Positions 57,098-64,000 of a stretch of DNA of 64,000 nucleotides are shown piece after piece (position 1 is the stretch's first letter; each line of letters begins with the position of its first letter). The notes under the pieces were generated by a model that was not told the DNA's origin, did no database searches, and saw only the letters and a program-made list of their open reading frames with translations. This DNA comes from Thermoplasmatota archaeon. Its GTDB lineage: Archaea; Thermoplasmatota; E2; JACPAO01; JAHFTW01. The stretch lies in contig JBFIHX010000001.1 of assembly GCA_041601615.1 (NCBI GenBank), positions 64,001 to 128,000 on the forward strand, given 5' to 3'. A program made the position numbers and the translations under genes.

Positions 57098-57631
57098 ATG
57101 CCGACAATTGCAATCACTGACCAAGAAGAGTTTTCCGACATCGACTTCCCGCTCAAGGGCACCCGCCTAGAGCTGGTGGTCGACTTCGGTACCGAAGTCC
57201 CCGAGGCCGCTTACGGTCGGTTCCTCGCCCAGGCCCTGCGCAGTCTTGCTGACCGCGCCGAGGCCGGCAAGGCGTCGCTGACGGAGCTGGAAGAGGGAGA
57301 GACTGCACCTGGTGAGATCGCCGCGGACGCCGAGAACTGGCGCGTACCCGACGATCTGCACATGAAGAGCGCCAAGGCTGCTCACCGATTCCTGGTGAGC
57401 ATCGCCAGCCTCGAAGAGCGTGGCCCTGCGCCTACGCTTGCCGAGGTTGCCGAGAAGGCCCGCCTCAGCATGCCGCCGGTCTACCGCTTCGTCGACTTCG
57501 ACACACCGGCCGGAGCCTACATCTCCAGCCTCGTGAGCGTGTCCAAGCGCGGCCGGGCCAAGGTCATCGACCTGACGCCCCTCGGCCGCAAGGTCGCCAG
57601 CCGCATCCGCGCTGGCAGCCTTCCCAGCTAG
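57098..57631 (+). CDS. Putative transcription regulator with C-terminal winged HTH
   Basis: PTLAEVAEKARLSMPPVYR helix-turn-helix and wing GRAKVIDLTPLGR; strong C-ending codon usage; GGTGG RBS; long AT-rich upstream region. Confidence 0.72.
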   Translation: MPTIAITDQEEFSDIDFPLKGTRLELVVDFGTEVPEAAYGRFLAQALRSLADRAEAGKASLTELEEGETAPGEIAADAENWRVPDDLHMKSAKAAHRFLVSIASLEERGPAPTLAEVAEKARLSMPPVYRFVDFDTPAGAYISSLVSVSKRGRAKVIDLTPLGRKVASRIRAGSLPS

Positions 57632-57644
57632 GACCATCGGAGAA

Positions 57645-57683
57645 CTCCCTTTTCCTTCCCTCCCTTTTCCATACCTTTGTTTT
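57645..57683 (+). terminator. Pyrimidine tract, probable terminator
   Basis: ctcccttttccttccctcccttttccatacctttgtttt just after the stop at 57631. Confidence 0.45.
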
Positions 57684-58164
57684 GGGCGCCTGCACGCGCA
57701 GCAAGCCCTCTTTGATTTCCTGACCACGGGAGCCCTGTGACGTGTTGCACGTCGCTGATTCCCACGGTGCACGCTTGCATTCTTTCCTTGGCGCAGCTTC
57801 GGCTTGCGCGGTCCGCCATTGAAGCCGCCTCGCCACGCGCCTATGGGCTCCCGCAGCGCGCCAGGAAGGCACTACAGCCCAAATGCTGCTAAGGCAAGGG
57901 GAATCAACTGCTTCCCTTGCCGCATTCTAACCCCGAAACTTGACTCCAGAATAGGTGCCCGAGGCCCACGTTGGCCGAGAAAGGGATACTGCGGCCAAAG
58001 ATTCAGCCGAGCGTACCCCCTCAGCAATGCAGAGAGGGACAACCGTCAAGGTTCCATGGTCAGGATCCTCAAGACAAGGTTGTGCCCTTCGTGGGTCGTT
58101 CATTCCAACGACCCCAAGGGGTGAAAAGGAGGAAAAGGAGCAGACTATGCTACGAACTCGCAGC

Positions 58165-59652
58165 CTAGTTGCGGCGGCGGCGCAGGAGCATGGAGCTTCC
58201 TACAGCCACACCGATGAGAGCACCGACTCCGAGGCCAGGCGTCTTCTTCTTGCCGCCCGTGGTGTCCGTGGGGTCTTCCTCGTCACCCGTGGTAGGCTCA
58301 GGGACGACCGGAGGCGACTCGGGAACGCCCGGGGGCTCTGTGGTGTTTCCGCTGGGATCCGTCACCACCGGTGGGTCAACAGGGCAGGCCGTACCGCAGC
58401 CGCCACCGCCGCCACCGCCACCGGGTACTCCAACTTTCGTGGAGCCGGCAACGAAGGAACTGTAGTGCGTGATCCCTACTTCGAACAAGTAGGGATCGTT
58501 ATCTGTTCCGACGCGGTTGACAACGGGTTGCTTGAAGAACGACTTGAGGGCGCCATCCGATTGGAAAGCAAACACTCGGAAGTACTTGACCGCCTCTGCC
58601 TCATTGACGAAGATGTTGCTCTTGACAAGATCCTGGAAGTAGCTGGCGGGCACTTCAAGGACGGGTGTTGTCCTGAGAACTCCATTGAGGTCCGTGGTGG
58701 TGGAACCGTCGGGCTTCTCCAGCACGAATTGGAACTGGATGAGCGGCTGGGACACTGGGAACATGCCGCTGAGGTCGAGGATACCGAACGATGGGGCCTT
58801 CTTGTCCACTTCCTGGGATTTCAGGATGTTCAAGCGGCTGCCCGATTCGATTGTTTTGCTCACCGGAGTCACAGAGATGGACTTCATGCCAAAGCCGTGC
58901 GGCAGATCTACGGGGTTGGTTTTGATTCCAACGGGCAAGTCGCCGCCTACGACCGTGGCGCCACTTCCATCAGGCTTGACGGAGCCGTCCGATGTGGACA
59001 CGTAGCCCTTGTTGGCAAACACTGCGGTGAGGGGGAAGCTGGGTAGGGTGTGCGCCGCGTCTCCGCCTACGAAGGCCTGGATGCGGAAGGTTTCGAAGGC
59101 ATCTGCGGAGTTTCCGGAGGGGCCGCCGGTGAAGAAGTTGCAGCCAGACACCTTGATGACGACTTCTACGGTGACCGTGGCGGAGGGGGAGCCGTAGCCG
59201 TAGCCGTACCCGTAGCCGGAGAAGACGTTGCCTCCGCCGGAGAAGCTGAGGCCTTGGCCGTAGCTGTATCCGTAGCCGCCGTCAACGCCCGTAATGGTAT
59301 ATCCGTAGCCGGAGAACTCATTGTGGGTGGCCGAGGCACCGACGACTGTGGTGATGGTGGCGGAGGGGGATCCGCCGGTGGTGGCGATGCAGAAGGGCGT
59401 ACTCAGGACGCCGCCGGCCAGAACCGAGGATTGGGGGGCGACCAGCACTTTTGCGTAGTTGAGCGGCACATGCTCCCCTGCGGGAATTGTGACCGTTGTT
59501 AGGAGTGTGAAGGCGCCTGTGTCGTCCAGGGCACCAGAGGTAAGGTTGGTGACCTTTGCGGCTTCCGCTGTCTCTGGAAACAGAACGAAAATGCCGAGCA
59601 GTAAACTTCCTGTGACCACCAGCGTGGTGGCAGTGTTCTTTAGTCCGACCAT
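58165..59652 (-). CDS. Cell-surface (S-layer-like) protein with Gly-Tyr tract and PGF-CTERM-like anchor
   Basis: Signal peptide ending AEA, GYGYGYGYG tract, THYSSF, poly-Gly and Pro/Thr linker, KKTPGLG-TM-RRRRN. Confidence 0.82.
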   Translation of the reverse strand: MVGLKNTATTLVVTGSLLLGIFVLFPETAEAAKVTNLTSGALDDTGAFTLLTTVTIPAGEHVPLNYAKVLVAPQSSVLAGGVLSTPFCIATTGGSPSATITTVVGASATHNEFSGYGYTITGVDGGYGYSYGQGLSFSGGGNVFSGYGYGYGYGSPSATVTVEVVIKVSGCNFFTGGPSGNSADAFETFRIQAFVGGDAAHTLPSFPLTAVFANKGYVSTSDGSVKPDGSGATVVGGDLPVGIKTNPVDLPHGFGMKSISVTPVSKTIESGSRLNILKSQEVDKKAPSFGILDLSGMFPVSQPLIQFQFVLEKPDGSTTTDLNGVLRTTPVLEVPASYFQDLVKSNIFVNEAEAVKYFRVFAFQSDGALKSFFKQPVVNRVGTDNDPYLFEVGITHYSSFVAGSTKVGVPGGGGGGGGCGTACPVDPPVVTDPSGNTTEPPGVPESPPVVPEPTTGDEEDPTDTTGGKKKTPGLGVGALIGVAVGSSMLLRRRRN

Positions 59653-59692
59653 GGAATGCGTCCATATTTGCTTCCCCTATAATAGGAGTGCG

Positions 59693-61543
59693 TCACGCGA
59701 GGGGAGTTGTGGAACGGAATACGGAGGCCGATAATGGCTGCCAGGCCCCCTGTGGTTCTGCGGGTGCTAGTACATAGTTGATGCCGCGATCGTGCAACCA
59801 TTCTTCGCTGGCGCCGTTGCTTCGCAGATAATATTGCCAATCTGCGTCGTTGACAGGGGCGCTGCCGGGGTAGAGGACGGCGTGGGGTCGGGCGCCGGTG
59901 AGTGCATTGAACATGGGGGCGCGCCAGGGGTGGGAAAGGAAGATGTCGTCGGGTCCGGCGCCGGATTGGACGAGGATTTCTGCATCGTGCCAGCTTTGGT
60001 CTCCAAAGATTCGATAGTATGGCGTCGAGAGGCTTCCCGCCACGGGGGCCGCCAGTGCTGTCGCCGCGAGGAGGAAGCTGGCAGTCATCACTGCGCGTGG
60101 GGCGGCGTTGGGCCAGCGAAGCGCAATCGGGGTGCGGCTTAGTTGTGTGCGGCCAAACTGCGTTGCGGCTCCGAGTGCGAGTCCGGCCAAGGCTGCAAGG
60201 CACAGGAACAATGTGGGAATGAGGCGCGAGTAGGTGGCGTCGCTGTGGTGGTCGGCGCGCAGGCTCAGGGAGAGGCTGATGGCGCAGGTGGCCATGAGCC
60301 AGGCTAGGGTGCGGTGTGGTCCGGTGTTTTTGTTGGATGCCATGAAGGCGACTGCGGCGCCGGCAATGGAGAGGCCCCAAAGAATCAAACCGGGGTGCAG
60401 GAAAATGGTTGTTTCGAAGGGCAGGTTGTTTTCGCTGTCCACGGCGCCGCGTACGTCGAGCCAGATGGGCGGCAAGATCCACAAGAGAGGCAGGAAGACG
60501 GGGAGTGTGGCGGCTGCTCGATCGACGGGGCGGCCCTGGCGACCGAGGGTAGACATGGCGGCGACTGCGAGTGTGAGCGTGCCGAGGACTAGGTGTTGAA
60601 CATAGGCGCCTGTGACGAGTAGGTAGAGGGTTCCGAGCCTGCTTGGTCCTTCGAAGCGGTGGCCAACAAACAATGCGGCGGGAATCCAGGCGAGTGCAAA
60701 GGCACTGGGCACGAGGATGCCGGGGCCGAGGAAGCGGACCGTGGTGGGAATGACGGCTACGAAGGCGCCGGAGATCCAGGCGCCGGGGGCGGGTCGAAGT
60801 GCTGCCACTAGGGCGATGGCCATGTGGCCGGCCCAGAGGGAGGGTAGGACGCGGGCCATGAATGGGAAGCTGGCGCCGGTGAGTTCGTGGACTTGGGCAA
60901 GGCCAAGAGTGAAGCCACGTTCGGATCGGAAGCCTTGCACGGAAAACAGTTCGGCGGCTTCGTCTTGGTCGGTGTAGGGGTTGGAGATGTCCACGACGCC
61001 TGAGCGACTGATTTCGGCAGCGTCGGCGATCATGCGGTATTCGTCCACATGGACCGCGTAGGGGTCGTCGTTGCCCAGCAGGAGGTTGCCGGTTCGATCG
61101 AGGAGGCCCGGGTACGCGCCCATGTTCGACTCGGGGCCGGTTCCGGGCAGGTGCGGCAGGGCGAATACGAGCGCGGTGAAGGCGAAGACTAGGATGGCGG
61201 GCCACCAGGAGCGACTCGTGGCTCGAAGGGAGGCAGCTATTGCCCCGGGCCTCGGGAGTGCTGGGCGATTGCGAAGCACGGGCCACGCCACCACGAACAT
61301 GATGCCCAGGGCGAGGGCGGCGGTGGTTCGGGCTTGAATGGGGACTCCGAACAGGAAGTGAAGCGCGGTTGCCCCGAGTGTCATGAGGCTGAAGCTCAGT
61401 ACGGGTGCAAGGACCAGCCATCCGGGGTGCCGGCCGGCGAGGCGGCGGGCCAGTAGAATGCCAGGCGCTAGGTAGAGGATGGTTCCGAACAATAGGCGCG
61501 GTAGGTCGATTGCATCGGGCGCCAATTGTGCAGGATCCATCAA
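59693..61543 (-). CDS. Polytopic membrane protein, GT-C glycosyltransferase-like
   Basis: More than 12 TM helices, HVDE acidic motif in the first large loop, soluble C-terminal domain ending GINYVL; directly upstream of the surface protein. Confidence 0.6.
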   Translation of the reverse strand: MMDPAQLAPDAIDLPRLLFGTILYLAPGILLARRLAGRHPGWLVLAPVLSFSLMTLGATALHFLFGVPIQARTTAALALGIMFVVAWPVLRNRPALPRPGAIAASLRATSRSWWPAILVFAFTALVFALPHLPGTGPESNMGAYPGLLDRTGNLLLGNDDPYAVHVDEYRMIADAAEISRSGVVDISNPYTDQDEAAELFSVQGFRSERGFTLGLAQVHELTGASFPFMARVLPSLWAGHMAIALVAALRPAPGAWISGAFVAVIPTTVRFLGPGILVPSAFALAWIPAALFVGHRFEGPSRLGTLYLLVTGAYVQHLVLGTLTLAVAAMSTLGRQGRPVDRAAATLPVFLPLLWILPPIWLDVRGAVDSENNLPFETTIFLHPGLILWGLSIAGAAVAFMASNKNTGPHRTLAWLMATCAISLSLSLRADHHSDATYSRLIPTLFLCLAALAGLALGAATQFGRTQLSRTPIALRWPNAAPRAVMTASFLLAATALAAPVAGSLSTPYYRIFGDQSWHDAEILVQSGAGPDDIFLSHPWRAPMFNALTGARPHAVLYPGSAPVNDADWQYYLRSNGASEEWLHDRGINYVLAPAEPQGAWQPLSASVFRSTTPLA

Positions 61544-62220
61544 GCTTGAATCACCCTGCCATCCTGGATTCGGTAGCGCAAGGGGGCTTGCCGCAGTGCA
61601 TCATCATGGCTAGCCACGAGTACGCCTGCGCCGCTTCGTGCCGCTTCCCATAAGGCCGACACGACAGTTGCTGCGTTGTCTCGGTCTAGGGCGCTGGTCG
61701 GTTCGTCCACTAAGAGTAGGGCGGGTTGTTTGGCGAGTGCCCGTGCGATGGCGACGCGTTGCTGTTCGCCACCAGAGAGGATGCCGGGGCGTTTGCCTGC
61801 AAGGTCTTCGATTTGGAACCGTTGGAGCAAATCCGCTACTCGTTGGCGCCGCTGGCTGCGGTGGACGCGGGCCAATACGAGGGGCAGTTCCACGTTTTCG
61901 GCAACGCTGAGTTCACCGATGAGGTTGAGGTGTTGGAAGACGAGTCCAATGCCCCGACCCCGCAGCCGGGCCCAGTCGGATTCTGTGGTGGGCGCGGGGC
62001 CGCCTAGGACGCTTAGGTTTCCTCGACTGGGCGGTAGGAGCCCTGCTGCGATGGCAAGAAGACTGGATTTTCCTGATCCACTGGCTCCTTCCAAGGAAAC
62101 GAGTTGGCCTTTGGGTACTCGAAGGTGGACATCACGAAACACGGGAACTCTTCCTGGAAAAACCAGGCCCAGTCCCTCCATTCGTAGTACGTCCACGCAG
62201 GTGCAGTCACACTCCTCCAT
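61540..62220 (-). CDS. ABC transporter ATP-binding protein (LolD-type)
   Basis: [34 protein letters not shown]; start could be 62196 or 62181. Confidence 0.93.
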   Translation of the reverse strand: MEECDCTCVDVLRMEGLGLVFPGRVPVFRDVHLRVPKGQLVSLEGASGSGKSSLLAIAAGLLPPSRGNLSVLGGPAPTTESDWARLRGRGIGLVFQHLNLIGELSVAENVELPLVLARVHRSQRRQRVADLLQRFQIEDLAGKRPGILSGGEQQRVAIARALAKQPALLLVDEPTSALDRDNAATVVSALWEAARSGAGVLVASHDDALRQAPLRYRIQDGRVIQA

Positions 62221-62274
62221 GTAACCCTCGTGCTGTGACGCGACCCTTATGTTCAGGCCCCGAGGTGGGGCGTT

Positions 62275-64000
62275 GTGCTCTGGCGGCTGGCCCTGCGTCT
62301 CGACCGGCGGCTCACGGTGGCTGCTGTGGGGATCGGTATGGCGATTCTTCTGCCTGCCGTGGGGACACTGCTGTTGCAGGCGCTTGAGCCCGATGTACGG
62401 CGCGGCGAGGGATGGATTGCCTCAGCGGACGACGCCTCGGCGTTCGGGAGTGTTCCGGCGAGTCGGGTGCGTGCCTTGGTAGAGTGGAGCCAGGACGAGC
62501 TTTGGGTTGGTGCGTTTCAAACCGGCGGGCCGGATCTCTTGTCGTCCCAGGTTCTTCCGATGCCGGGCGCGGATCTGACCCTCGTGGCCTCCAGGTTTCC
62601 CGATTTTGAAGTGTTGCCTCCTCTGAGTCAGCCGTTGCCCTTGGCGCCCTCAGACGGGGTCGTGGTTTCTTCGATTCTTTCGGTGGACGGGGCGACGATT
62701 TGGTTGGATCGCCCGGCTCCGGTTCTTGGCGCTATGCCGGCTCGTGGCGCCGATGCTTTTGAGGCGGGCACCATCGAGGCGTTGCGCAACAACGTGGTGT
62801 GGCTGGTGGCTGCCAGTTTACCGGCTGTGGCGGCGGTTGCGTACACGTTCGTATCCTTGGAGGCCGACCGGTTTGCGCGCACCTCTGCAACCCTGGCGGC
62901 ACTCGGCCACCCGCAAGCGGGTCGGATCATGTTGCTGGCCCGGGTTACGTTGGCGGCGGGGCTTGGGACGTTGTTTGCCGCCTTGACGACCTTTGTTCTG
63001 TGGAGCTTCGGCCCGGATGCGTTTCATCCCGAGGACACGTGGAAAACCGGGCTGTTTCTGGCCTTAATGGTACCGGGCGTTACGGCGATTGCTGCAGGTG
63101 CTTTGACGTTGGGCCGTCCGCTTCGATCGGGGTCTCGACAATTGCGCGACCCGTCTCCCGACGCATTGCCTCCGGAGGCTCGCATTCCGTGGCTGCCGGT
63201 TGCCGCTCGGCCTTTGATGCTTGGGCATCAAATTGTTCTCCTGTTTTTGGTCGCCGGGCTCTTGTTTACGGCGGATGTTGGGATGCCTTTGGCCGCAGCC
63301 CAGGTTCCGGCAGCGCTTGCCGGTGCGCCTGGGGAGTGGGTGCGTGGCGCCCAAGCCGGGATTGTGCTTGGCGGCTCCACGGATGCGGCGGCGGCGGTGT
63401 TGGTGCATGATCCGGATGTCCAAGACGCGGTGGCGGAGATTCTGGTTCCAACGACCATGAATGGCGAGCCCGTGGTGCTGCGCGGAGGCAACTGGGACGA
63501 CATGGCTCGATACCACGGTTTTACCGGAGGCAAGGCGCCTGCGCCTGGCGAAGTGGTGCTTGGGGCGCGGCTGGCGAACCGAATGCACCTGGAGCCGGGT
63601 GATGCGGTGCTTGTGCAAGCGACGCTTCGTCCGCTGGTGTTGCAGTTGCAGGTCTCTGGCTTCTATGATTCTCCGGGCCTTTCGGGAGACGAGGGATTCC
63701 TGCATGAAGACACAGCCCGCAGCCTTACTGGACTCAAGGAGGGTCAAGCTACGTTGGTGCGCGTGCGGCCCGACAGCCTGCCGGCGTTGGCGGCGTTGCA
63801 GCGAACGGAGGCGAGCCTCGAGGTCTTGGAGGTGCGCACAGAGCCAGAATCACCACTTGCCGGGTCCGTGTTCCGAGTGGATGCGACGGTGGCGAACTTG
63901 GGGGCGGGGCCGGGCAGTCGCACATTGACGTTCCGGGTGGGTGGAGAGCCAGTGGAGCAGACTACGCTGCGCTTGCCAGGCTACCAGACCCAGGTGGTTT
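62275..64000 (+). CDS. Divergent FtsX-like ABC permease with CARDB-like insert (3'-partial; absent from the ORF track)
   Basis: GAGGTG RBS then GTG 62275; frame reads open toward the window end; TM segments, EADRFARTSATLAALG, GEVVLG.RLA.R..L..GD, V.NLG...G. Confidence 0.72.
   Translation, partial: MLWRLALRLDRRLTVAAVGIGMAILLPAVGTLLLQALEPDVRRGEGWIASADDASAFGSVPASRVRALVEWSQDELWVGAFQTGGPDLLSSQVLPMPGADLTLVASRFPDFEVLPPLSQPLPLAPSDGVVVSSILSVDGATIWLDRPAPVLGAMPARGADAFEAGTIEALRNNVVWLVAASLPAVAAVAYTFVSLEADRFARTSATLAALGHPQAGRIMLLARVTLAAGLGTLFAALTTFVLWSFGPDAFHPEDTWKTGLFLALMVPGVTAIAAGALTLGRPLRSGSRQLRDPSPDALPPEARIPWLPVAARPLMLGHQIVLLFLVAGLLFTADVGMPLAAAQVPAALAGAPGEWVRGAQAGIVLGGSTDAAAAVLVHDPDVQDAVAEILVPTTMNGEPVVLRGGNWDDMARYHGFTGGKAPAPGEVVLGARLANRMHLEPGDAVLVQATLRPLVLQLQVSGFYDSPGLSGDEGFLHEDTARSLTGLKEGQATLVRVRPDSLPALAALQRTEASLEVLEVRTEPESPLAGSVFRVDATVANLGAGPGSRTLTFRVGGEPVEQTTLRLPGYQTQVV

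Overview
Chromosomal segment from a high-GC archaeon, most likely Thermoplasmatota. This is inferred from the MCM-DUF424-NMD3-DUF6015 string, the adk-DUF106-cmk-cbf5 string lacking L34e/L14e, archaeal pilins and archaeosortase-type tails. Core content: MCM (5'-partial), XPD helicase, pyrB plus a short pyrI, tRNA-Val(TAC), tRNA-Gln(CTG), adk/cmk/cbf5, sucCD, two site-2 proteases, two cation:proton antiporters, three ABC systems, a GltD-like flavoprotein, two pilins and a PGF-CTERM-like surface protein. I found no CRISPR array, rRNA, integrase or transposase. Most notable observations: (1) a cluster of secreted, highly divergent proteins (41.9-50.6 kb) built on a repeated C-x8/9-C-x6-C-x16-19-C module, with 10 copies in 4 genes plus one looser relative; (2) a tandem array of four Stum/SPEC3-like small membrane proteins; (3) a three-gene cassette of inactive RecA-like protein, small helical protein and exonuclease-dead PolB2; (4) a PyrI lacking its zinc domain; (5) degenerate MoaC-like and pentein pseudoenzymes; (6) several strongly self-complementary intergenic or 3'-UTR regions; (7) an AT-rich symmetric element followed by an uncalled 32-aa peptide, a membrane protein and an ABC exporter fused to a PrsW protease. 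All family calls come from motifs recognised by eye; no searches were run.
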